A model generated the notes under the pieces. It was not told where the DNA came from. It did not search any database and saw only the letters and a list, made by a program, of their open reading frames with translations. A DNA stretch of 63,055 nt, filler included, from Nemertoderma westbladi (lineage: Eukaryota > Animalia > Xenacoelomorpha), in assembly GCA_032718475.1 (NCBI GenBank). It is 3 parts of 3 records of this genome, joined end to end, with 100 filler letters (N's around TTAATTAATTAA, not from the genome) between each part and the next. Parts side by side here need not be neighbours in the genome. Positions count along the whole stretch, not along the records: positions 30,541 to 52,855 come from JAUCBJ010005715.1; 2 more parts are not named here. One strand, given 5' to 3'. Each line of letters starts with the position of its first letter. The stretch's first letter is position 1. Of this stretch, positions 37,460-49,361 are shown in pieces. The position numbers were made by a program, and so were the translations under genes.

Positions 37460-39910
37460 GAGAGAGGGCTGTTGCGCTGTCAGTCAGAGAGGTATCAGCC
37501 CTTGGGGTAAGGATTTACCTCTGGGACCTGTATTAGGCAAAATAGCAGAAGCTGTGTAGGCCCACCAGTACTGTGCACGGTACAAGACCCAAAATTTAGC
37601 CTACATCTGTAAATAATACACGGTTTCGCGGTACAACACCATAAAAATTAGACCACCATCTGTAAAATGCTCGCCTGAGTTCAGGAGTTGCACAGATGTC
37701 AGGATGTGCTGATTCTATATCATCCACTAACGGATTCTGGTAGCCTGGAACTAGACTAGACCACTACAAAAACTGATGCGACAGAGCGAGGTGCCGTTAG
37801 CCTAACATTTCTCGGAGGCTGGTCCGATAACACTCAACTCATTGTTTGGTTGGACATTGATATTATTGCATTACAGTGTACATTATTACATACTGATTAG
37901 TATGGATTGAGAAATTGGATATATTTGGACGTCAATGGATGGATAGCTTTGGTTTGAGAAACTAATATCACGTAGGCCTACCTTATCATATCTTTGCGAT
38001 AATTATTACTAGATCCACTGGCCCCCAGCCACCTTCAACAAACCATCATTGCCGGGGGGCACTCAGCTGAGGGGGCTGGGGGCGGAGCGCATTAAAAACT
38101 CTAAGTATCGCGACCTAATGGACCGGGGCCATTTCTTTCACCCCGTTGCTTTGAGACCTTTGGCCGCCCTGGTCCAGAGACATCCACCTTCCCCCGGGAG
38201 ATCGGGGCTCGTCTCCACAGTGCCATCCACGAACCGCAGTCACGCCAGTTTCTGCTCCAGCGCCTGGAGATGGCAATTTTGGTTGGTAATGCAGCCTCAG
38301 TCATGAGGACAGCAACCACGCCGACCATCGGTCTATTCGGGGACTGAAGAGCCGAAACTGTCGAAATGGTTGCCAATGGAGTCACCAACGGGATGACGGC
38401 CGAAGATATTCAATACTCTATCTTATGCAATCTCAAATATTCAATTCGGTACTGTACCTTCAATTCAATCTTATTATTATTTCTGTGCTTCGTTATTTAA
38501 TAATGTGATTAGATAAAAAAAATAAATTAATGAAATATAATTCATCTGTTAATTATTACAAAAAAAATCCAAAATTTATTTTAACATTTATATAGTTTTG
38601 AATTAAATGTTTCGAAATCAATACAGCAGTGTCATATATCGCGTATCCCTTGGTTTAATCACTATTCTTTATTCAAGTAAAACTGAATCCTGGCCCGCCG
38701 CCTTCACCCTCCACTGATAATTTAAAATCGCAATTCATTCAATCTTTGACTAAATTATACCAAACTTGGTAAACATGTAATCTTGTCTATCGGCTAAAAT
38801 AAACAAAACTTGCTAAAATTTCCCCTATAATGTTTTTTCCTATAGAACAGGATGCAGTTTTATTTTAGTAGTAAACAATCTGTTATTTGCGTCGATTTTC
38901 ACCTGGAGAGGGAAGAATATTGATTGCCCCCCCCCCCCCCCCCCCCCTACCTGCAGTTAAGTGAAAATATTTCGGCACCATTTCATTTTATTATCACGGT
39001 CGCGCATCAAGTAGTCTGTCAAAAGATACAATTCATTATAAACATAACAAAATTAATTATAATAATTCTAAAAATATAAGGCCGATTATCCTAAAGTTAG
39101 CTCTTTAGTCTTTAGCAATCTTATACATTGACAAGACTTATAAAATAATTGATGTTGAATAATTATTATTAAGATTAAAATATATTATTAGGAATTCGAA
39201 GAAAGCAAATTGTATTGAGTTAGTATTGGCAAGTTATTCTCACAAACCAGTCTACGGTCTAGTGGTAGCCTTGTTCGCATTGTTCTAGGTTTAGTTAGGC
39301 TTGGAACACAGACTCCACCGTCTTCGTTCCAGGTTTAATACTGTAATAGACTGTTATCTATCTCGATCGCTTCGCTATGCACCATCTTACTGGGTTTAAT
39401 AAACTCCGTCGCCTTCCTGTCATTCTGTGTTTTGTAGATTACCTCGCCATCGTGTGATCGCTTTGGTTGCGTGTTTAATACTGTAATAGACTCCGTCGCC
39501 ATTGTATCGTTATGGATTGAATAGACATTCCGTTGTCCATCGCGATCATTTCATTGTTTACGTTTAATTGACTCCGTCGCCTCCTCGGATTAGGAATCCG
39601 GCCGGGTTTCGTAGATTCCGCCATCGTTCAGCAGTTCAGTGTTTTTAATCAAAGCCAGAATTCCGGTACGGGCACCACGATCAACGATTTCGGAAGTAAC
39701 AGACCAGCAGACTCCGTCAACAACACTCGAGGTTTAAAAAATACAACTGAGGGCAACTTGTAACTGCAGAACTGGGCGATCATCTATCTGATAGTTGAAA
39801 AAGACTGTCTGACAGTTGGTATCAGACTATCTGATAGTTAGCGCCCCATGGGTAAATCCTTACCCCATGGGCTGTTACCTCTCTGACTGACAGCGCAACA
39901 GCCCCTATAG
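37460..39910. mobile_element. Non-autonomous DNA transposon with ~65-bp TIRs and 8-bp TSD (P- or hAT-like)
   Basis: GGGCTGTTGCGCTGTCAGTCAGAGAGGT..CAGCCC.TGGGGTAAGGATTTACC inverted at both ends; TSD CGTAGACT at 37452-37459 and 39911-39918. Confidence 0.85.
38013..38347 (+). pseudogene. C-terminal restriction-like endonuclease fragment of a CRE-like non-LTR retrotransposon (frameshifted)
   Basis: AERIKNSKY..FHPVA/FETFGRPGP..FLLQRLEMAILVGNAASVM resembles the K.KY...P.A.E..G...QR.S.A...GNA pattern of REL elements. Confidence 0.7.
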
Positions 39911-40745
39911 CGTAGACTTGCCAATGTGTTCCTCAACAATTATCAGCTTTAAACATTCAATTACAGATATTTTCCACCCTGCTGAAGATGGTAAAGTTTA
40001 TTTAGCGAACTCTATGGTTGCAGGGTTATTAGTTAAAATAAGGTTGCAGCTTGCAGGATATAATTTAATTATATTGGTAAATATAATAAATTATTGTGTT
40101 TATAATAAATAATTGTGTTTATAATAAATAATTGTGTTTATAATAAATAAACACACAATTATATTCAGTGGACACAAATTCTCTACAATTTTATAATTTT
40201 CCCAAACGTCCTAGTTTTCTTAATAGTAAAATTTATTACAATAACTTTTTAATTTAAATTATATTAGACTGTACTATGTAGAAACCCACCTGTTCAGTAT
40301 AGTTAACTCAGTAGGCCTACTCGTCTTAATTTTCAAGCCTCGTTGCGCTCGTCCTGCTTTCTCTGAAAATATTTTATTCTAAATTATTTTATACCTATAC
40401 GAAGTCAAGAAATTGTGCGTGACGTGTGGTTTAGGACTATAGACAAGCATCACTCGTCTACATTACAAGCATCGTTGCACTCGTCCTGTTTTGTTGCAAA
40501 TATTTTATTCTAAATTATTCCTGAAGAACGTTTATAATTATGCAAATCTGAGTGAAAAACTGATGATTTATGGCAGATGGATACATACTACATAGATATC
40601 TATCTCTATACTGTAGTTGTCCTGTAATAATTAATATATTGAATTCAGTAATTATGTATTAATAGGTATTAATTATTTATGTATGTATTTTACAGTATAT
40701 CAATCAGTGCTGAATTAGTATCACATAGAACTTGGATTTAGGGTA

Positions 40746-41894
40746 TGTTCGCGCATTTAAACCTTTAGCAGTTTAACCTGCCAATTTTAGTTGTCCTCTT
40801 GTTTATAAATCGACTTTAGCCTATATCAATTACCTAGTGTCTTGAAGTTACATCAGCCGAAGCCAGTCTGTGCGCGACCTTTCACCCACAGTTAAGGGAG
40901 ACTGGATTCGGATGCTTTGATAGTGATTGCAGTGTAGACCTACTGTATTATTCGATTGATCGTTACTATATAATCTCTGTCAATATATTTACTTTCGGGG
41001 AAATATTAACAGTTACTTTAGGACGTGGCGCTTTAAGTATAAAAACAGAGTTATGACTTAAACTAATCACAACTAGATGGCCAAAGAGTTTCGTAAATAG
41101 CGCATTCTTTAGGAGATGCTTTATTAACCTTCACACGACTTCACACTACTTCACACTATTTCGCACTGATCTGCCCACCATCACTGAATTTGATCATATA
41201 TAAGGAGGATCGCAACTGACACATGTAGGGATTATGAAATAGCATTTAATTCACACAAAAACCACTATAATGTAAGTCGCAGTTGCTACCGGTAAACCTG
41301 TTCCTCTCACCTTCAGTAATCAAGAAGATTGGGGGTTTTATGATTATTTCTCGGTATTCTCCAAATATAACAGCAATATCCATTAACATAACAACAATTA
41401 ATGACAGAAGTAAAATAATGCGGTGAACAGTCAGTATGTGTTACATGCAGTTATGAAATGTGTATCCAAGTAAGGTAGTTGAATTGTTAATAGTTTTACG
41501 TTCTTCTAATCAAAGCCATCAGATGTTTAGGCCAAAGTCTGAAACTTCTACACAGAAGTACAGAAGAATTCCAAGCCGGTTCTGAGGCTCAGAAAGGTAA
41601 ACAAAGACCGTAATGCATTGCGCTGGTTTCCATAGGCCTCTGTAAGACAGAAGGGGAAAAATCGCTCTGATTGGCTGACTAGGCAGACCAAAGAAAAATT
41701 CCACATCCACAGAGAATCAGGTGATAGATTTCGTCATCGGGCTCTGATTCCTTCCCGTCACGGAGTTGAATACATTTAGGACTATTTTAGAGTATTCTGC
41801 GCATTGCGGCAAAAATGACTTGTTTTGTCCGCAAAAGCACCTACACTGCGCATTGCGGGAAAAATGACTTGTTATGTCAGCAAAAGCTTTTACA
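40746..41894 (-). mobile_element. Family-A 3' LTR, copy 4 (1149 bp)
   Basis: Same termini; preceded on the minus strand by the purine tract GGGAGTGG; homology to the leaders stops at GAACA. Confidence 0.85.
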
Positions 41895-42699
41895 CCACTC
41901 CCAGAAAATGGGATTTAAGTCTATAAAATATAAAAATCACAGTTTCTAAAATATAAAAATACTCTAAACGATTAGTCCTTCTTACGTGAACGGCGTTTAC
42001 GAAGTTTTTTGAGGCTAGCAAGAGTCCTTTTCTCTTTGGGGCGAGCCACTTTACTAGGAGGGCTATAACTCCTGGGTGAGGAGTGCAATACGATTGCATT
42101 GGAAGGTTTAGGGTTACGGTCGGTGTATCTGCCGGTCGAGGTACCTGGTTGATCGATATCAACCTCAGTGGAACGAGGTCGAACAACCTTTAGAGCGCGT
42201 TTCATGATAGCAGCTCTTACTGGTCCCTGACGAGTCGTCTGCACGAGAGCGGTAGGCGGACCGTGAGTAGTGAGAAATTTCCTCAGTTTGATGGTTCTTT
42301 CCAACTCGCGTTCTCGGGCTCTATATTCATAGGGTCGTCTATGAACTTGTAGCTCTGGATGCGAGTTTATGAACAAGTCACCATGAGATTTATCAATGGT
42401 AGAAACTTTAAACTGTATGTAGGATCTTATGGTTTCACCATATAATATTGAGTTAAATTGACATAATAAGGGTTGTCTTTGTTCCCATAAAATGAGTTCG
42501 GTAAAGGTCTAGCGCGTAGGTTGACCTCGTGTACCATACGACGGACAAGATCCGCTCGATTGTCCGGAGGTTCAACGAGTATACCGTCGACAAGAGCGGC
42601 CTCGATTGGCGGACGTTGTAACATAGGAGCGTCAGCGATAAGATCTCTAGATCTTAGGTTGATATCAACCGGTTGGGGTTGTACCGTGGCGAAGAGTTT
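41895..42699 (-). mobile_element. Family-A 3' internal region with a broken accessory ORF (42427-42699 and 41972-42376)
   Basis: Same strand as LTR copy 4; the ORF ends ~75 nt before the LTR; cut at 42700 by insertion of copy 1. Confidence 0.65.
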
Positions 42700-44675
42700 T
42701 GTAAAAGCTTTTGCGGACATAACAAGTCATTTTTCCCGCAATGCGCAGTGTAGGTGCTTTTGCGGACATAACAAGTCATTTTTGCCGCAATGCGCATAAT
42801 ACTCTAAAAGATTGGAGCTCAGATGACGAAATCTGTCAGCTGATTTCCTGTATACGTGGAACCTCTTTGTTCTGCCTAGTCAGCCAATCAGAGCGATTTT
42901 CCCCCATATGTCGAACAGAGACCTATGGAAACCCGCGCAATGCATTACGGTCTTTGTTTCTTTGTTTACCTTTTTCTGAGCCTAAGAACCGGCTTGGAAT
43001 TCTTCTGTACTTCTGTTGTAGAAGTTTCAGACTTTGGCCTAGAACATCAGATAAACATCTTCTAAAGTATGTTCAGCATACTTTCATTATATGGGATTCC
43101 TGATGAAATTATTGCAGCAATCAGATCAGTATACGATGGTTCGACAACATTTGTGTCTACTGTCGATGGTGACACAGAACCATTTGAAGTGTTATGGGGC
43201 GTCCTCCAAGGAGACACACTTGCACCATTCTTGTTCATTATTGTGGTTGACTATGTTCTACGCATGTCCTTAGATCATTATAATGATGATGGGGTGATGA
43301 TAACTCCACCTAGTGGCTCCAGAAGTCGAGGAAATCCTGCCAAGTACCTAACTGATCTAGACTTTGCTGATGACTTAGGAGTACTATCAGAATCCGAGGT
43401 CCGATTATTTAGAGCGGCAGTAGTTCCAGTACTCCTCTACGGGAGTCCATGCTGGGCTCTAACTGCTGAGGACACCAAATCTCTGCATGGCACATTCACA
43501 AGAATGCTACGCCGGGTTCATTGTGTCAAGTACAATGCACACATCTCCAACCAGACACTATATAACATTGGAGGTGTCTCATTGTTTCCCCCAAGCTTGA
43601 CACTAGAACAAAATCGCCTCCGCTTTGCAGGACATTACTTTCGCCGTGAGGACCAGCCAGTGCATAATCTTGTACTTTGGCAGCCTCATGGAGTGAATAA
43701 GCATGGTGGACAGCCCATGACTTTCTTGAGACGCATCTTAAAGGACACTGGCCTTAAAGATGCGGATGATCTAGCAAATGTCATGGGTAATAGGGAGTTG
43801 TGGCGGTGCAATTTTGTTGACAAGCCGGCACAGCATTCTTAAAAATGCAGCTGCAATGCAGCATGCCGATCATAGTAGTAGAACATCTGATGGCTTTGAT
43901 TACAAGAACGTAAAACTATTAACTGAATCATACTTCATATCTGAATCACTGAAACACATTGAACATTGCTGCACATGGAACACTGCATAAGTAACACATA
44001 CTGACTGTTCACCGCATTATTTTACTTCTATTATTAATTGTTGTTATATGGATGTATATTGCTGATATATTTGGATAATACCGATGAATAATCATCTTCT
44101 TGATTACTGAAGGTGAGAGGAACAGGTTACCGGTAGCAACTGCGACTTAAATTATAGTGGTTTTGTGTGAATTAAATGCTATTTCATAATCCCTACAAGT
44201 GTCAGTTGCGATCTTCCTTATATATGATCAAATTCAGTGACGGTCGGCAGATCAGTGTGAAGTAGTGTGAAGTCGTGTGAAGTAGTGTGAAGGTTAATAA
44301 AGCATCTCCTAAAGAATGCGCTATTTACGAAACTCAGTAGCCATCTAGTTGTGATTAGTATAAGTCATAACTCTGTTTTTATACTTAAAGCGCCACATCC
44401 TAAAGGAACTGTTAATATTTCCCCGAAAGTAAATATATTGTCAGAGATTATATATTAACGATCAATCGAATAATACAGTAGGTCTACACCGCAATCACAA
44501 TCAAAGCATCCGAATCCAGTCTCCCTTAACTGTGGGTGAATGGTCGCGCACAGACTGGCTTCGGCTGATGTAATTTCAGTACACTAAATAATTGATATAG
44601 GCTAAAGTCGATTTATAAACAAGAGGACAACTAAAATTGGCAGGTTAAACTGCTAAAGGTCTAAAAGCGTGAACA
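42700..44675 (+). mobile_element. Family-A 5' LTR, copy 1 (~1.14 kb plus an RTE insertion)
   Basis: TGTAAAAGCTTTTGCGG...AAAAGCGTGAACA; close reverse complement of copy 4; CCAAT at ~42884. Confidence 0.88.
43053..43878 (+). mobile_element. 5'-truncated, internally deleted RTE-type LINE inserted in LTR copy 1
   Basis: GVLQGDTLAP, DFADD, RLRFAGH; (TAG)n tail; ~13-bp TSD TAGAACATC(A/T)GAT at 43040-43052 and 43879-43891. Confidence 0.93.
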
Positions 44676-44690
44676 TTAATAGTTTTACGT
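44676..44690 (+). promoter_or_regulatory. Putative self-priming PBS of copy 1 (TTAATAGTTTTACGT), complementary to 43908-43922
   Basis: 15-nt perfect reverse complement inside its own LTR. Confidence 0.8.
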
Positions 44691-46566
44691 ACAAAATATA
44701 TTTGTCTAATGTTCTGTTAAGAACATTAATAGTTTTAAACTCTTGATTGCACAGTAGGCAATAAATATTTTGTCTATTGTTCTGGTAAGAACAATAATAG
44801 ATTTTTAAGTTCTTTATTGCACCGTAGGCAATAAAGTCGAATGTACCGGTCGAACGGTAAGCTGTAGGCCTAAATGCCCAACTACCCAAACCGGTACTTA
44901 CAGGTACAGCAGTATTATTCGATTTTGATAATTATATACCGGTAGGTCTTGATATTTAATCAGGGACTGCAGCCCTGGTTTTTTATTCGGATTTTACTTA
45001 TTTCTGTCAGTTTTATTTATCTGTAAGTGTAATATTGAGCAGAAGGCGTGTAAGCCTGCCCAGATTGTACAAATAATTTGTAGGCTGGATTGTTGTCTAG
45101 CTGTTGTTAGGTCTGAAGCGATTGCAGTGTTTGTAGAGTGTCTGTCCGATAAAGTGCTAGTTAGGAAGGTGGGGGCATCCAGTGTTGTAAGGTAAATCCC
45201 CCCGAAAGAATAAGTCGTACTACTTGGTTAGAACGCCTACTAACTAACCATTTCGGTGTCTGCATATACTGTAGTTTATTTAGGCTTGCCAGTAGTCTGC
45301 CAGAATTTGGTCTGTATTTTGTTTGTATAGTCAGCACGGGTAGAGTAATATTTATTATTCAGAGTCTATGCAAGTATTCGCAACCACCAACTCTCCAAGT
45401 TTATTCCTACAGTAATTGTGCTTGTTATACATACTGTTATAGTTAAATTAACCCCGGTACTACATCAGGGCTGCTTGGCGTAGGTAAAGACTGGTGATTT
45501 TGTGCTCCGGTCACTCCAGCAGATACCGTGGTTCTTTTGGCTGTTCAAGTATATTTAACTGCTGGTTATTTGTTGTATTAGTACTTGTACCTAATTTATG
45601 GTTTAGAGTACAGTGCTTTCCGAAAGTAATTTAGTGTGTAGGCAGTATATTTGTGTTGTAACGTGGTTAATAGGCACGTTAGCTCTGGTTGGCTTCGGTA
45701 ATTAACCTCTAGGTAAGGACACTCCGGGTACATAACATAGTACTTATAGAGCTAAGACTATAAGTCGTCAGACGGTGGTATTTCCTTATCTGGAAAACGC
45801 AATTTACTTACTACTGCTCTATTGTTTTCAAATACCGCAGTATCCTGTCAGTTTGTAAGAACCAGAAATTCTAACTCCTTGTTAGACTGGTTTGTAGAGT
45901 TCTTGTAACATTACCCTAACAAATTGTACGTGTAACTTTTAGTGTTTATTTAGAGATTGTAATTTCAAACTGAAATTGAAAGTTGTAATTTGTAGTGATA
46001 AGTAACTTAGTAAAGTATAATTATTCGTTTTAGTATCCAACAAGTAGCACTCCACTGAGAGCGTTCAGCTTCTGTGTAGTGACTCCTTACCCAGAAATAA
46101 TAACATTTGTTTCAAATATTGTCGAAAACCCTTGTACGGGTACATAATATATTATAAATCAACTTAAACAGATTTATAAAATAGTAGGCCTGTTATACAT
46201 CAATTAGGTCTTAATATCAGTTGGACTACTGCTTAATAACAGTAATAAGTAAAAGGGAATTAGCCCTAAAATTCAGAAATTCAGTTATTATCAATAATTG
46301 ACATTACCGGTATTTACGGTAGGCGTATTATATATATTTATATAAATTTAGGCTAAAATTATATACCGGTATTCTGTAACCAATCCTAGTCTATAATAAT
46401 ACTTATATATATACTATAAGTGTATACCGGTATTTTAATATATATATATCAAGTTACACTGAGTAACGGTATCGGTAATTAATTACTAGGCTTACAGTTT
46501 ATACTGAATTACTAGACTTGCTTTAACTGTCATTATAGTAGTAGGCATTCAACTGTAAAATAAATC

Positions 46567-48136
46567 ATGGCTGACACAAAGCAAACACTGTCAGATAGTC
46601 TCCTAGAAAGAACAGTCTGCGACTCAGATAAGAGTATAGAAAATCTGAGACCAAAGTTCAAGTCCCCTCCTACTGTAAGAAAGGTCATCCCTACAGTAGT
46701 AGTGTCAGACCTTAGGCTAGTAAAGCACCATAGGTCTATCATAGGCACTAGGTCTCAAGTCAAGCGGGACCAAGAGGCAGCTGTTAAACAGCAGCAGCAC
46801 CCGACCCGAGAACTTATTTCTCAGCGGCCCGATAACTCCAGTAGTTCAGACACTGTAAAGTTGACACCCGAGATCGGAGCAAGGATGACAGAAGCGGTTT
46901 ATCCAGATCCACTTCTAATTCTTCCTGGAGCCGTACTCACTAGAGTATTGATCGCGGTGGAAGAACATCAAATCGATTGGGCGAGAAGTAAGTGATCGAC
47001 CAGGGACAGTTATGCGGGATACACGATAGATGAATTAAAGTCTATTGTCGAGGCGCAATGGAACATCCCCAGACCCGGACTCCCGTTTAACTTATCGGAA
47101 GCTGCCTGGGAAGACTTATACAGGATGGGAGTAGTAAGGGACACTCGAGATCCAGCTGTGTGGAAGACGTCGGCAGCAGGATATGTCCAGGGATTCTTCA
47201 GCTCTTTGGAGCGCTTAGAGGAACACCTGTTTCAACAACATCAAGGACCTCAAGAGCAGGGAGAGCTGCTTTATCAAGTGTGAGAACGAATTTTACTGAT
47301 CAGACTAATCCTTTTGGCCTTTGAAGAAGCTTCGAAGAGAAGCCAAGACACGTCGTTGCAAGTGGCTGTAAAAACTTGGTTCCAACGGGTGAGTCTTTAA
47401 GTCCAGGGAACGACACAATGGAAAGCTCAGCTAACCGAGCGCATGACCCACTGAGAATCAACAGACGCTACCTTTTCTCAGGTGGAAGGCGAAGTTACAT
47501 CCGAGAAACCTCAGAAGAAGGATGCTATTGACATCTATCTGTCGGACTATCAACGATGTATAGGTGACAAAGAGTTAAGGAGACGGCTAGCTGGACTTCA
47601 CCCTAATAGTGAGGGAGCCAAATTTGTGTTTGACTCATTAGATGCGGAAATATTAGCCGCGGAGCAGGGTAAATTTGATGAAAGCATCCTCATCGCTATG
47701 GACCAAGAAGAGCAGCTAAAGAAAAAGCAAATAGAAGACCGAAGGTCAGCGGCCGCGGCAGAATCTGAAAGGAAAGCGGCAGCGGTCGCGGCGGAATCTG
47801 AAAGGAAAGCAGCAGCGGTCGCTGCAGAATCTGAAAGGAAAGCGGCAGAGGCTGAAAGAAAAGCGGCAGCGGTCGCGGCAGAATCTGAAAGGAAAGCGGC
47901 AGAGCCGAAAGAAAAGCGGCAGCGGCAGCAGCAGAATCTGAAAGAAAAGCGGCCGTGGCTGAAGCAGAAAGACGGGCATCTGAAGAGACAACCCAACTAG
48001 AGTTGGAAAATCTTCAAGCGAAGCGAGATTACTTAAATAAACAGCTACTCAGATGCAGCTGCTAAGTCGATCTACTCCCAGGAGACAGGGATTTACATCC
48101 TCTGATGAAGGCGATACAACAGATCCTGAATATAGA
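46567..48136 (+). pseudogene. Degenerate gag-position ORF1 of family-A copy 1 (stops and frameshift; truncated by copy 2)
   Basis: Colinear paralog of 51519-52855 (HHRSIIGTR.QVKRDQEA, DAIDIYLSDYQR, ERKAA repeats). Confidence 0.85.
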
Positions 48137-49348
48137 TGTAAAAGCTTTTGTGGGATAACTGATACGTTTGCCTTTGCTGGCCAGTTCCCCCCCAGTCGCT
48201 AGAATACTCTCAAAGGGATTTATAACTAAAATAGTGCAAGCTACCAGCTTATTGGCTGATGTGCTGTACGGAGATATCTGGGCTCAGTTTAATCGGCCAA
48301 CTAGCTTAGAGAGGTTGCCTTAGCCTTGCTGTTCGTGTCGGCCAATAGAATTTGCGTAGGCGTTGATTTCGACCTATCCCAGCGTTACTGAACTGAATTT
48401 CCTATCTCTATGCTCATCATCTGTGTTGAACGGGGCTTCGTGGAATAAGAGTTTTTGGTATACTCGTATAGTGGTAGTAGTCATATGATTTTATATGATT
48501 CTGTTGTTGTGTTCCCATTTTCGCCATAACACCGGCTTTTTGGGAAGAACTCTAGTAAAACTGCTTAAATTATCGAAAGTATAAACTGTTACCTAACCTA
48601 CCTACTCATGAATCAAACGAACTCACTAACTCACTTAATTTAACTGCATTAATCATATTGTTTGTACTGTTATTTACCGTCAGTTATTAATTGTACCTAT
48701 TTGTTGATGGAAATATTGCTCTTTGGATAATACGGATAAATCACCCAAATTTCCCAATTTTCTTGATACACTACAGGTTAGAGAGACCGGCTATACATAA
48801 CAATTGCGATTTATATTAATGTGGTGTGTATTGAATCTAATGTTATTTAGCAGACCCTACATGAGTCAATTGCTGCTCTCTTTATGTGTGATCAAATATA
48901 CTGACGGTCGGCAGAATAGTGTGCATGATTGTGATTGGTAACAAAGTATTTCCTAAAGAATACGCTTTATACTTTAATCATAAGCGGTATCGTTGCGTTT
49001 TGGTATAAGTCTTAGTTCTGTTTAAATAGATAGAGCGCCGCGTCCTAAAGGAACTGTTAATATTTCCCGAAAGCCAATAATATCTGTCAGAGATTAATTA
49101 TTAACGATCTATCGAATAATACAGTAAGTTTACGCTGCAACCTTACACTGCAATAATAAAATTTAAGCATCCGAATTCAGCCTCCCGGGTGTAGATCCAT
49201 CGGGTGAATGATCGCGCATGGGCTGACTTCGGCTAATGTTTTGTGTATTAGCATAAATTGTTGTCGTATGCTAAAGGTGTTTTAATTAACTAAAAGACAT
49301 ATAAATTTTGGCAGGTTAAACTGCTAAAGGTCTTCAAAAGCGCGAACA
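48137..49348 (+). mobile_element. Family-A 5' LTR, copy 2 (1212 bp)
   Basis: TGTAAAAGCTTTTGTGG...AAAAGCGCGAACA; the 3' two-thirds are homologous to the other copies, the U3-like part is divergent. Confidence 0.85.
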
Positions 49349-49361
49349 GTAACAGTTTATA
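49349..49361 (+). promoter_or_regulatory. Putative self-priming PBS of copy 2 (GTAACAGTTTATA), complementary to 48580-48592
   Basis: 13-nt perfect reverse complement inside its own LTR. Confidence 0.8.

Noticed and set aside
40746-44675. Single foldback or long-TIR DNA transposon
   Set aside because: No TSD. The arms are LTRs found separately elsewhere, one preceded by a purine tract and the other followed by a PBS, leader and ORF1.
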